DNA of 32,000 nt from Acaryochloris marina S15. GTDB lineage: Bacteria; Cyanobacteriota; Cyanobacteriia; Thermosynechococcales; Thermosynechococcaceae. The stretch lies in the NCBI RefSeq assembly GCF_018336915.1, contig NZ_CP064923.1, positions 2,820,001 through 2,852,000 on the forward strand, given 5' to 3'. The notes beneath the pieces are model-generated. The model was not told where the DNA came from, searched no databases, and saw only the letters and a list, made by a program, of their open reading frames with translations. Both the position numbers and the translations under genes were made by a program. Shown piece after piece: positions 18,032-26,737 of the stretch. Positions within the stretch are counted from its first letter, which is position 1. Each line of letters starts with the position of its first letter.

Positions 18032-18658
18032 ATGTCTCCACTCATCCGTCTCCTTGTCGTTGAAGATCACCCTGTTGTCCGCCATGGCATTATTGCTATC
18101 CTCAGTCAGGCCGAGGATATGGATGTGATTGCCGAAGCCGAAAACGGTTTAGAAGCCATTGACCAATACCAGAAGCATCAGCCTGATATCACCCTTATGG
18201 ATCTGCGGATGCCCCATCTCGAAGGGGTCGAAGCGATTGCCCGCATTCGAGCCAAAACCTCCAAAGCCCAGATCATCATTCTCACAACCTACGATACGGA
18301 CGAAGACATCTATCGGGGACTTCAGGCCGGAGCACGGGGTTATATTCTCAAAGACACCACAGCCACAGAACTGATCCATGCTATCCGCACTGTTCATGGT
18401 GGCAAACGCTACATTCCTTCAGAAGTCGCACTCAAACTAGCTGACCGGATTGACGATAGCGATCTCACGGATCGGGAACTCGAAGTTTTGCAACTCCTGA
18501 GCAAGGGGAACAGCAACCAAGAAATTGCCGCTGCCCTAACGATTTCCGAAGGGACCGTCAAGTTTCATATCAACAACATTCTTTCCAAATTGGGGGTCAA
18601 AGATCGCACTCAAGCGGTGATTGTAGCCTTAAAAAAAGGATTAGCCCGACTCGACTAG
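18032..18658 (+). CDS. NarL/FixJ-family response regulator (receiver + LuxR-type HTH)
   Basis: 208-aa ORF. Receiver motifs are LLVVEDHP, ITLMDLRMPHLEG, IIILTTY and YILKD. The C-terminal LuxR HTH reads LTDRELEVLQLLSKGNSNQEIAAALTISEGTVKFHINNILSKLGV. This family normally partners HisKA_3 kinases such as the one ending at 17468. Confidence 0.92.
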   Translation: MSPLIRLLVVEDHPVVRHGIIAILSQAEDMDVIAEAENGLEAIDQYQKHQPDITLMDLRMPHLEGVEAIARIRAKTSKAQIIILTTYDTDEDIYRGLQAGARGYILKDTTATELIHAIRTVHGGKRYIPSEVALKLADRIDDSDLTDRELEVLQLLSKGNSNQEIAAALTISEGTVKFHINNILSKLGVKDRTQAVIVALKKGLARLD

Positions 18659-18889
18659 GGTTGTCCTTCTGTAAACCTAGCCAAAAGTTATGGATGCTCC
18701 CCCTCTGAAGGTTGGGAATTTCTCATGACTCCCCTATAGCTCTATTCCTGAACACTGGGCTAGCGCTTTTACTGGTCTGATTTGGTATAAAAAGTCAGGT
18801 CTGACGACAAGCGACGAATGACCTTGCCTCTTCGTAAAATCTATTTCGTGAAGGCAATTCACTCTTGTAAACGGACGGAATAACTGTCT

Positions 18890-19426
18890 ATGCCGCCGCC
18901 CTTACGCCCTTGCGATCATTATCAAGGTTCTCTCGATGAGGTTGTGACTCTCATCATCTATGGAGATTATCAATGTTCCCAGTCATCCCAAGCCTACAGA
19001 ACAGTCAACAATATTTTGAATACATCCACCCATCCCTTCTGTTTAGTCTATCGACACTTTCCCCAAACCCCACCCCATACTCCCGCGTGGAAGGCTGCCG
19101 AGGCGGCCGAGGCCGCCTCAGCTCAGGGGAAGTTTTGGGAGATGCATGACCTCTTATATCAGCATTCAGCAAGCTTAGAAGATGACAAACTGGTCGAGTA
19201 TGCGGTCGAGATTGGCCTTCATATTCCCCACTTTCTTAAAGGTCTCACTAGCCATACCCATACTGCGCAAGTACAGGCTGATGTGGACAGTGGGATTGCT
19301 AATGCAGTCAAAACCCCGCCTACTGTCTTGATTAGTATTCGCTGTCAAAAAAGTCAATCCTTAGAACCCCTCCTTTCTAAGGTGAAAGAGATTGCTGCAC
19401 TGACTCAATCTAAAGATAGTTCTTAA
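18890..19426 (+). CDS. DsbA/thioredoxin-fold family protein with degenerate CxxS active site
   Basis: 178-aa ORF. IYGDYQCSQSSQAY sits where this family normally has YGDYxCPxCxxxx. AAEAAEAASAQGKFWEMHDLLY is the family's conserved helical block. No signal peptide is visible. Confidence 0.7.
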   Translation: MPPPLRPCDHYQGSLDEVVTLIIYGDYQCSQSSQAYRTVNNILNTSTHPFCLVYRHFPQTPPHTPAWKAAEAAEAASAQGKFWEMHDLLYQHSASLEDDKLVEYAVEIGLHIPHFLKGLTSHTHTAQVQADVDSGIANAVKTPPTVLISIRCQKSQSLEPLLSKVKEIAALTQSKDSS

Positions 19427-19650
19427 ACGGTGACTCAGAATTATTTTAAAGAATGAATTTCTATAATTTTTCAATTAATTTGAAGATTAGACTTCATAAC
19501 TTCTTTCACTAATGCTAGAAACTTTTGCCTGGGAGACCAACTCAGTACACGTCTTAAACAGTCATATTAAGTCTAACTCCCCATTTTCCTGCCTCAGGTT
19601 TGTACAAGAGTATTGCCTTCTCAGTCGTTCAAACTCAGCAGAGACTTTAC

Positions 19651-20487
19651 ATGAGCATTCAAGAGCAATTAGAGCAGCCGTTTTATAAACTGGAAGGCTT
19701 CTCCTTTTATGCCGCTAACGAACCCCCGACTTGTTATGAGGAACATCGTCACGATGAACTCGAAATATGTTTAATGCTCAATGACGCAGCCGCACAGGTC
19801 GAGTGGCTGCCAACAGATGGTGGATCAAAATATCGCCAAATCTCTGCCGATAAGCTCTGTATTATTCCATCTCACCATTCCCACACCCTTGCCTGGGACA
19901 TGCCTGCAGACTACATTTTAATCTTTTTGCATCCGAGCTTTGTTCTCCAAACCACCTATGAATGGACCCTGAGTCGCTCCGTTCAGTTTGAAGGCCAATA
20001 TGCCATTTCCGATTCACTGATTCATTCCCTCGCCCTAACCATGCGCTCCGCCTTTGACAACCAGGAATTTATTGATCATCTCTACATTGATTCCTTGGTC
20101 AACGTATTAGCAATGTATCTCCTCAAAGCCCACTCGGATTGTCAGTCTGTTATCAGTAACTCTCCTCGACCTCAGAGGTGGTTGCGACAGACCCTTGACT
20201 ATATTCATGATTCCCTCGGGCAAGATCTGCGACTATCAACCCTGGCAAATATTGCCCAAATGAGTGAGAGCAGTTTTTGTCATCTTTTTAAGGAGCAGAT
20301 GAGTATCTCCCCCCACCAATATGTTATTCGCCAACGCATTGAGAAGGCCAGATTGCTGCTCATTGATAAGAAGTTACCGATTGTAGAGATTGCCTATGAC
20401 TGTGGCTTCAATAGTCAAAGTCATTTAACACTCTATTTCCGACAGCATGTTGGCATAACCCCCAAGGCTTATCAAGATGCTCATTAA
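19651..20487 (+). CDS. AraC-family transcriptional regulator (cupin-like N-domain + AraC HTH)
   Basis: The track ORF starts at a TTG (19600); I used the first in-frame ATG at 19651. The C-terminal double HTH reads LSTLANIAQMSESSFCHLFKEQMSISPHQYVIRQRIEKARLLL ... IAYDCGFNSQSHLTLYFRQHVGITPKAYQ. The N-terminal part is His-rich and cupin-like. Confidence 0.85.
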   Translation: MSIQEQLEQPFYKLEGFSFYAANEPPTCYEEHRHDELEICLMLNDAAAQVEWLPTDGGSKYRQISADKLCIIPSHHSHTLAWDMPADYILIFLHPSFVLQTTYEWTLSRSVQFEGQYAISDSLIHSLALTMRSAFDNQEFIDHLYIDSLVNVLAMYLLKAHSDCQSVISNSPRPQRWLRQTLDYIHDSLGQDLRLSTLANIAQMSESSFCHLFKEQMSISPHQYVIRQRIEKARLLLIDKKLPIVEIAYDCGFNSQSHLTLYFRQHVGITPKAYQDAH

Positions 20488-20548
20488 TGCCAGACTAGGG
20501 CAGGAAATCAGGTGAAATTTTCCGACCTTTTTTCTGGGAAATTGGAAA

Positions 20549-20585
20549 GAGGTTAAGGTCATTCCTTAAGTTCTCCCTTAACCTC
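20549..20585 (+). terminator. 10-bp perfect stem-loop between the two AraC genes (possible terminator or attenuator)
   Basis: GAGGTTAAGG (20549-20558) and CCTTAACCTC (20576-20585) are exact reverse complements separated by a 17-nt loop. The structure starts 61 nt after the stop of the first AraC gene. The following sequence (ATTATCTTG) is only weakly U-rich. Confidence 0.3.
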
Positions 20586-20628
20586 ATTATCTTGACGCAC
20601 AAACTGTAAGGACTATTGCTCAATAGGA

Positions 20629-20650
20629 AGATTGTTTGTAGAAACAATCT
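20629..20650 (+). promoter_or_regulatory. 9-4-9 perfect palindrome AGATTGTTT-GTAG-AAACAATCT abutting the start codon of the second AraC gene
   Basis: The arms at 20629-20637 and 20642-20650 are exact reverse complements. The element ends 3 nt before the ATG at 20654 and overlaps the purine-rich AGGAAG (20625-20630), the only Shine-Dalgarno-like sequence there. It could be a dimeric-repressor operator or a hairpin that occludes the translation initiation region. Confidence 0.35.
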
Positions 20651-20653
20651 CCC

Positions 20654-21589
20654 ATGAACCCCAATGAGGATTTTTGCTCTCCTGATGAAGATTCACCGAT
20701 CTGCTCCGTCAACTGCGGCGATCCAGACTCTATTCTCCAAATTTGTCCTGAACGCCCTCAACTCTCTAGTCAGGCAGCTGGGTGGGATGGACTCATTCTT
20801 AAAGAACACCATCAACCGGCTCATACCACACCAGCCCATGAGTTCACTCAGCATGTATTAATCCTTTCGCCCTTGGATGAAGAATTTGAGGTGGAGTATC
20901 AGTTAGGAGAGCTATCCTTTCAGGGACCCTATGGCAATGGGGAGATTATGATTATTCCAGCCCATACCCGCCAGCAGTGTCAGTGGCATCAGGGGGTAAA
21001 GTTTCTCAGCCTTAGCCTCGAACCTCAATTTTTCGAGACGGCTGCTTATGATTTAACAACTGTAAATCGCTTTGAATTACTGCCGAATATTGCTGTTCAA
21101 GATCGTTTGATCTATGACATTGGCACGGCCTTACGGCAAGAACTCAATACTCTCGACCTCGCGGATCACCTGTATGTTGACTCCCTAGTCACCGCCTTAT
21201 CCATCCATTTGATGAAACGGTATTGTGCTCAAGTTCCCCGCATCAGTGATCCCTCTGACAAAGGCTTGTCCCCAGTGCTGTTGAGTCGGGCATTGGCATA
21301 TATCAACGATCAATTGGATCAAAATCTGAAATTAGTGGATCTTGCCAAAGAAGTAGGCATGAGTCGTTATTACTTTTCACGACTGTTTAAGAAATCTATG
21401 GGGATTGCCCCTCACCAGTACGCCATTAAGCAGCGCATCGAAAAAGCTAAGCGGTTGCTGAAGCAATCGAATATCCCCATCGCCATGATTGCTCAACAGT
21501 GTGGTTTTACCAATCCGAGCCACTTGAGCAAATATTTTCGTCAACTCACCGGAGTTACCCCAAAAGCCTTTCGAGACCAATATCGTTGA
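20654..21589 (+). CDS. AraC-family transcriptional regulator, paralogue of the upstream gene
   Basis: 311-aa ORF. The C-terminal AraC double HTH reads LVDLAKEVGMSRYYFSRLFKKSMGIAPHQYAIKQRIEKAKRLL ... IAQQCGFTNPSHLSKYFRQLTGVTPKAFR. It aligns colinearly with the preceding gene, for example HLYIDSLVNVLAMYLLK against HLYVDSLVTALSIHLMK. Confidence 0.88.
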   Translation: MNPNEDFCSPDEDSPICSVNCGDPDSILQICPERPQLSSQAAGWDGLILKEHHQPAHTTPAHEFTQHVLILSPLDEEFEVEYQLGELSFQGPYGNGEIMIIPAHTRQQCQWHQGVKFLSLSLEPQFFETAAYDLTTVNRFELLPNIAVQDRLIYDIGTALRQELNTLDLADHLYVDSLVTALSIHLMKRYCAQVPRISDPSDKGLSPVLLSRALAYINDQLDQNLKLVDLAKEVGMSRYYFSRLFKKSMGIAPHQYAIKQRIEKAKRLLKQSNIPIAMIAQQCGFTNPSHLSKYFRQLTGVTPKAFRDQYR

Positions 21590-21694
21590 GTTGAGAATGA
21601 GTGCAAGATCGTAATAGTACCTGCAGGAATATAAAAGATCTTTATCCGGTTAACTTTGTATTCTAAAGTCATTGGCATCACACCCAGAGGTCAA

Positions 21695-21734
21695 CTTCAC
21701 TAGCTGATGAACGACGATTCATTGGCTAGTGAAG
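21695..21734 (+). other. 17-bp stem / 6-nt loop RNA hairpin, better formed on the + strand
   Basis: CTTCACTAGC (21695-21704) pairs perfectly with GCTAGTGAAG (21725-21734). The inner TGATGAA (21705-21711) pairs with TTCATTG (21718-21724) through two G-U pairs and five Watson-Crick pairs. The loop is CGACGA. On the minus strand the two G-U pairs become A-C mismatches. The hairpin starts 105 nt after the AraC stop and has no U-tail. Confidence 0.3.
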
Positions 21735-21910
21735 CCCAATATACAAAGTGCTTCGGGTGTCATCTCATCAATGGGTGATAGCTCCGGATACTTGCCCCTA
21801 ATGTTTCTGTTAATTTCTAAAACATAAAAGCTATCGAGAATTTTATGGAGGTGATCAACAGCAATACAATTAGTAAAAAAACAGCACTTTATTTATTGTT
21901 TATGGCTAAG

Positions 21911-21957
21911 TATAGAGTGACGTTTTCGCTAGTGTTAGAAATTATAGGGTGACGTTT
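21911..21957 (+). promoter_or_regulatory. 15-bp direct repeat TATAG(A/G)GTGACGTTT x2, 32-bp centre-to-centre
   Basis: Copy 1 is 21911-21925 and copy 2 is 21943-21957, matching at 14 of 15 positions. Both are preceded by AA. They lie in the AT-rich ORF-poor spacer downstream of the AraC pair. Direct repeats are the usual site geometry for AraC-family proteins, but function here is unproven. Confidence 0.25.
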
Positions 21958-22665
21958 ATTTATTTCTTGATATTTAATTTACTTATGTCTGATGTAGAGG
22001 TTAGAGGTTTTCAGGCTTGCCATTGACTTTGTGCATCAACAGTTTGAACTAGTCTCAGAACAGAATTATTCCCCCTTTGCTGATTAACTGCAGCAATCCA
22101 TTCATCTCTCAGATGACAGGGCGGCCTTCTTTTATTCATCCGTTAGGAGACAATCATGAGTGCTGTTTCAGCTCTTAAATAACTCAATGTCCTGCAATCC
22201 CTAAAGTGCTGTCGTCAGTCCATGGGGTTTGACTATATTCGTCGCTGTTCTTAGGAAAGCGAAGACCTGAACGGGCTAGCAGGTGATGAAGAAATGCAGG
22301 AGGATATCTCTAATTCAGCGATTTTTCAGGAGGCCATACTGCAGCTGTTCAATGATCCAGGTAATGGGGATGTGCTCACTGAATCGCTCACGTCCGAGGG
22401 AACTTTCAAGTCTGAGCAGAGCGCCAATGTCACCTCCTTTAAGTTCTTTTTGACAGCGACATTGAGTTAAGGCTGAACATCCTGATCATTGCCCTTCAAG
22501 GAGCCTTGCCTTAGTTTGCTCACCATTCCCCTGATGGGAGTTGCTTCCTGCTGGGCTCAATACCAGTACCTACGAATGTCCTAAGAGGGATTCAGGAGCT
22601 TCTCAAGACTGTGCTTCCACAGCTCATTTAATGCTTAATTCTAATCCGCAGCTAAGGGGAAAACG

Positions 22666-23637
22666 ATGGAAATCGGAATGATCGGTCTCGGTCGAATGGG
22701 GGCCAATATTGTTCGGCGTCTGATGCGTTATGGACATAGTTGTGTGGTCTATAACCGTACGCCAGATAAAGTCACCCAACTCGAAGCTGAAGGGGCTATC
22801 GGAGCTGTCTCGTTAGAGGATTTAGTCCAAAAGCTCACCCCTCCCCGCACCATCTGGGTGATGGTGCCTGCGGGAGAAGTGACTGAGCAGATGATCATGA
22901 TGCTGGCAGACAAACTGGACCGCGACGACATTATTATTGATGGCGGCAACTCTTACTACAAAGACGATGTGAGACGAGCCCAAACCCTTCAAAACCAAGG
23001 TATTCACTATGTCGATGTTGGGACTAGTGGAGGGGTTTGGGGATTAGACAGAGGCTACTGCTTGATGATTGGGGGACCCCAGGAGGCCGTCGACCATCTG
23101 GACCCTATTTTGAAAACCATTGCGCCAGGCAAAGGAGATATCGAAACTACCCCCGGCCGAGACTCGCTCAATGCTACCGCCGAAGAAGGTTATCTGCATT
23201 GTGGTCCCGTGGGGGCTGGACATTTCGTCAAGATGGTACATAACGGCGTTGAATATGCGCTGATGCAGGCCTATGCCGAGGGCTTTGATATTTTTCGCAG
23301 TGCGAACTCCGATGAACTGCCTGCTGCCCATCGATACAACTTGAACACGGCTGACATTGCCGAGGTCTGGCGACGGGGGAGTGTGGTGGGTTCATGGTTG
23401 CTCGATCTAACCGCCATGGCTTTAGCTGAGGATCCAGCTTTGTCTGGCTATTCTGGCCATGTCCAAGACTCCGGTGAAGGACGGTGGACCTTAATGGCTG
23501 CCATCGAATCTGCCGTTCCGGCGGATGTCCTATCCGCTGCTCTATATACGCGGTTTCGCTCTCGCCAAGAGCATACCTTCGCCGAAAAAGTATTGTCGGC
23601 CATGCGCTACAAGTTTGGCGGTCATGTAGAAAAGTAA
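22666..23637 (+). CDS. gnd: 6-phosphogluconate dehydrogenase, decarboxylating, short (~320-aa) form
   Basis: 323-aa ORF. N-terminal Rossmann motif [15 protein letters not shown]. The remainder has the 6PGDH C-terminal-domain character ([33 protein letters not shown]). A 10-nt gap separates it from zwf. Confidence 0.88.
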   Translation: MEIGMIGLGRMGANIVRRLMRYGHSCVVYNRTPDKVTQLEAEGAIGAVSLEDLVQKLTPPRTIWVMVPAGEVTEQMIMMLADKLDRDDIIIDGGNSYYKDDVRRAQTLQNQGIHYVDVGTSGGVWGLDRGYCLMIGGPQEAVDHLDPILKTIAPGKGDIETTPGRDSLNATAEEGYLHCGPVGAGHFVKMVHNGVEYALMQAYAEGFDIFRSANSDELPAAHRYNLNTADIAEVWRRGSVVGSWLLDLTAMALAEDPALSGYSGHVQDSGEGRWTLMAAIESAVPADVLSAALYTRFRSRQEHTFAEKVLSAMRYKFGGHVEK

Positions 23638-23647
23638 GGAAGCCCTA

Positions 23648-25198
23648 ATGATCACTGCCACAGCACCCAGCTTAAACGCGACTGATCCCATTCAAGCAGT
23701 CGGTCCTTGCATCATTGTTATTTTTGGAGCGGCTGGAGACTTAACCAAACGGAAGTTAATTCCGGCCCTCCATAACCTAGCCCAGAACAAACTCCTACCG
23801 GATTCCTTCGCCATCCTAGGGATTGGCCGCACCCCAATTCAAACCGAAGCATTTCGCACCCAAATTCACCAGAATTTACAGAAATTTGCTTCAGATTTAC
23901 TGGAAGCAGATTTATGGCAGTGGCTGGAGCCCCGGCTTCATTACCTAGCGGGTAACTTTCAGGCCCCAGAGACCTATGGTCATCTAGTTCAACAACTACA
24001 GCAGCTCGATCAAGACTTTGGCACCCAGGGCAACTATCTTTTTTATTTCGCCACGGCCCCGACCTTTTTTACGGAGATTACCCAGCAGCTCGGTGCAGCT
24101 GGACTTGTTCAGGAAACCCCTGATCAGTGGCGACGGATTATTTTTGAAAAGCCCTTTGGCCAGGATCTAGCCTCTGCCCAGACATTAAATCAAGTCATTG
24201 GTCAGGTCCTCACCGAACCGCAGATCTACCGGATTGATCATTATTTAGGTAAGGAAACGGTTCAGAATATTTTGGTGTTTCGGTTTGGTAACGGCCTATT
24301 TGAGCCTGTTTGGAACCACCGCTACATTGATCATGTACAGATTACCGTTGCTGAACAGGTGGGGGTTGAGAGTCGCGGGGGCTACTACGAAGGTTCAGGT
24401 GCCCTGCGAGATATGATGCAAAATCATCTGTTTCAGCTCTTAGCGCTCACGGCCATGGAGCCACCGGTCTCTTTTGAGGCAGATGCGGTTCGGGATGAGA
24501 AATCTAAAGTTCTCAAGGCCATCGAGCCCCTCACGGCAGAAGAGGTTCTCACCTGTGCGGTCCGCGGACAATATGGCGAGGGTCTGATGAAGGAACAGCC
24601 GGTTTCTGCCTATCGACTAGAATCTCGGGTATCTCCAGACTCGAATACGGAAACCTTTGCGGCTCTTAAGCTCACTATTGATAACTGGCGATGGGCGGGA
24701 GTGCCCTTTTACCTGCGCACGGGCAAACGGCTGCCTGAGCGAGTCAGTGAAATTGCGATTCAGTTCAAGCGAGTCCCTTCCCTGCTATTTCGGGAGACTT
24801 CCATTGATCAGCTGACCGATAACTTTTTAGTCCTCCGATTGCAGCCCAATGAAGGCATCAGTCTTCAATTTGGGGCCAAAGTGCCTGGCCCTAAGGTCCG
24901 CATGGGCAGTGTCAATATGGACTTTTGCTATGCCAACTACTTTGATTCCACCCCAACCACTGGGTATGAAACCTTGTTGTATGACTGCATGATTGGCGAT
25001 GCCACTCTATTCCAACGATCCGACAATGTGGAGTTGGGCTGGCAGGTCGTTACGCCGATTTTAGATGTGTGGAATGCCCTCCCCAGCAGAGATTTTCCGA
25101 ACTATGGGGCTGGGAGTTGGGGACCTCAAGCAGCCACAGAATTGATGGCACGAGATGGACGTCAATGGCGCAGCACCAGTCCTCAGTTTTGCAGTTAA
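23648..25198 (+). CDS. zwf: glucose-6-phosphate 1-dehydrogenase
   Basis: 516-aa ORF. NADP-binding motif [13 protein letters not shown] and the G6PD active-site signature [14 protein letters not shown] and the [15 protein letters not shown] block are also present. Confidence 0.95.
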   Translation: MITATAPSLNATDPIQAVGPCIIVIFGAAGDLTKRKLIPALHNLAQNKLLPDSFAILGIGRTPIQTEAFRTQIHQNLQKFASDLLEADLWQWLEPRLHYLAGNFQAPETYGHLVQQLQQLDQDFGTQGNYLFYFATAPTFFTEITQQLGAAGLVQETPDQWRRIIFEKPFGQDLASAQTLNQVIGQVLTEPQIYRIDHYLGKETVQNILVFRFGNGLFEPVWNHRYIDHVQITVAEQVGVESRGGYYEGSGALRDMMQNHLFQLLALTAMEPPVSFEADAVRDEKSKVLKAIEPLTAEEVLTCAVRGQYGEGLMKEQPVSAYRLESRVSPDSNTETFAALKLTIDNWRWAGVPFYLRTGKRLPERVSEIAIQFKRVPSLLFRETSIDQLTDNFLVLRLQPNEGISLQFGAKVPGPKVRMGSVNMDFCYANYFDSTPTTGYETLLYDCMIGDATLFQRSDNVELGWQVVTPILDVWNALPSRDFPNYGAGSWGPQAATELMARDGRQWRSTSPQFCS

Positions 25199-25210
25199 TT
25201 GGAAAAAGAA

Positions 25211-26206
25211 ATGAGTCTTCCTACTACCTTCAACGGGCATCTCTGGCAACAGCATCGACGCTCTGAGCAGCCGATTGAAATCTCCATCTTGTTGACTCAG
25301 ATGGGCTTTGCGGCCAAGGTGCTGGCCCAGGAAATCAGTCGAGCCGCCCTAGTGGGCAATTTAGGTCTCGTCGGTGAGAAAAATGCCACAGGAGATGCTC
25401 AAAAAAAGCTCGATGTGTTTAGCAATCAGATCATGATTGATGCTTTTTCAAACATCGGTTTGGTGGCTGCGATCGCATCCGAAGAACTCGACCAGGTGAA
25501 GTTGATTGAATGCGGCCAGCAGGCCCAATATATTCTCTGCACCGATCCTCTAGATGGTTCCTCTAACACCGATACAGGCAGTGCTGTCGGCACAATCTTT
25601 GGTATCTATCGCCGTCAAACGACTGGATATTGCAGTACCGAAGCGGATGCCCTGCAGCCCGGTACAGAACTGGTGGCTGCGGGCTATGTCCTCTATGACA
25701 CCAGTACGATGTTGGTCTATTCCACTGGCAGCCGGGTTGATGGGTTTACCCTTGATCCGAGTTTGGGGGAATTCCTCCTCTCCCATGAGAATATTCGCTG
25801 TCCTGAAACAGGCAAGACCTATAGTGCCAACTTGAGCTATTACCAGGAATGGCATCCCCATATCCAAAACTTTGCGGATTACTTGGGCGATCGCAAGTCT
25901 CATACAGCCCATACCCTCCGCTATAGCGGTGCCCTCGTTGCTGATGTCCATCGCTGTCTACTAGAGGGAGGACTCTATTTTTATCCCCCCACAGAGGATC
26001 AGCCTGACGGCAAGCTGCGGTTGCTGTATGAATGTGCGCCATTGGCCTTTTTGGTGGAACAAGCAGGGGGGAGGGCGACCTCCGGCCAAGCTCGAATTAT
26101 GGAGCTAGAAGTGACCTCTATTCACCAGCGGTCGCCCCTGGTGATTGGCAGCCAATCTGCTGTTGATCTATACCAAACCTTTCTGGAGCAAGGGAAAGCA
26201 CCCTAG
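25211..26206 (+). CDS. fbp: fructose-1,6-bisphosphatase, class I
   Basis: The track start is a TTG at 25199; the ATG at 25211 (MSLPTT...) is more plausible. Class I FBPase blocks are present: DPLDGSSNTD, AAGYVLYDTSTMLVY, LDPSLGEF, RYSGALVADVHR, GKLRLLYECAPLAFLVEQAGG. The ATG is 12 nt after the zwf stop. Confidence 0.93.
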   Translation: MSLPTTFNGHLWQQHRRSEQPIEISILLTQMGFAAKVLAQEISRAALVGNLGLVGEKNATGDAQKKLDVFSNQIMIDAFSNIGLVAAIASEELDQVKLIECGQQAQYILCTDPLDGSSNTDTGSAVGTIFGIYRRQTTGYCSTEADALQPGTELVAAGYVLYDTSTMLVYSTGSRVDGFTLDPSLGEFLLSHENIRCPETGKTYSANLSYYQEWHPHIQNFADYLGDRKSHTAHTLRYSGALVADVHRCLLEGGLYFYPPTEDQPDGKLRLLYECAPLAFLVEQAGGRATSGQARIMELEVTSIHQRSPLVIGSQSAVDLYQTFLEQGKAP

Positions 26207-26338
26207 ACACCTCTAATGAATTGGGTTTCTCAGAGGTAATGAGGTGATTGCTTAACTAGCATTCAGAATGCCATCAGTAAAACTTAAGCCCCTAGCCATA
26301 AGCTCACAGTCACGATACACAAGAAAGAGACTTGAACC

Positions 26339-26737
26339 ATGATTACGAAATCTTTAATTACAGTCGCTGCCATTCTTACGTTCACACCCACATTAGTGTG
26401 GGCCGCTGATGTCTTAGAGGGGGCAACGGTGGTTGAATCTGCCACCTTTACAGGGGAAAGCGATCATGCCGTCAGTGGCAAAGTTGAGATTGTTAAAAAG
26501 GGCAAAGTCTATTACCTCGTTCTGGGTGAAGACTTCTCCTTTGATGGTGCTCCTGATCCCCGTTTGGGCTTTTCGAGTCAGGATTCTTTTGTTGAAACCA
26601 GTACGTTTTCAGGTCTCAACCTTGATAATGGCAAGCAAATCTATCGGCTACCTGCCACCCTTGATATCAGTAACTTTGATGAAGTAACCATTTGGTGCGA
26701 AAAGTTTGGCGTGCCTTTGGCAGAAGCAAAATTCTAA
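26339..26737 (+). CDS. secreted DM13-domain protein
   Basis: 132-aa ORF. Signal peptide MITKSLITVAAILTFTPTLVWAADV. The remainder has the DM13 pattern as I recall it: F.G...H...G.V.IV....YL.L..DF....GPD...GF ... G.Q.Y.LP ... V.IWC..F.V..A.A.F. Confidence 0.65.
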   Translation: MITKSLITVAAILTFTPTLVWAADVLEGATVVESATFTGESDHAVSGKVEIVKKGKVYYLVLGEDFSFDGAPDPRLGFSSQDSFVETSTFSGLNLDNGKQIYRLPATLDISNFDEVTIWCEKFGVPLAEAKF

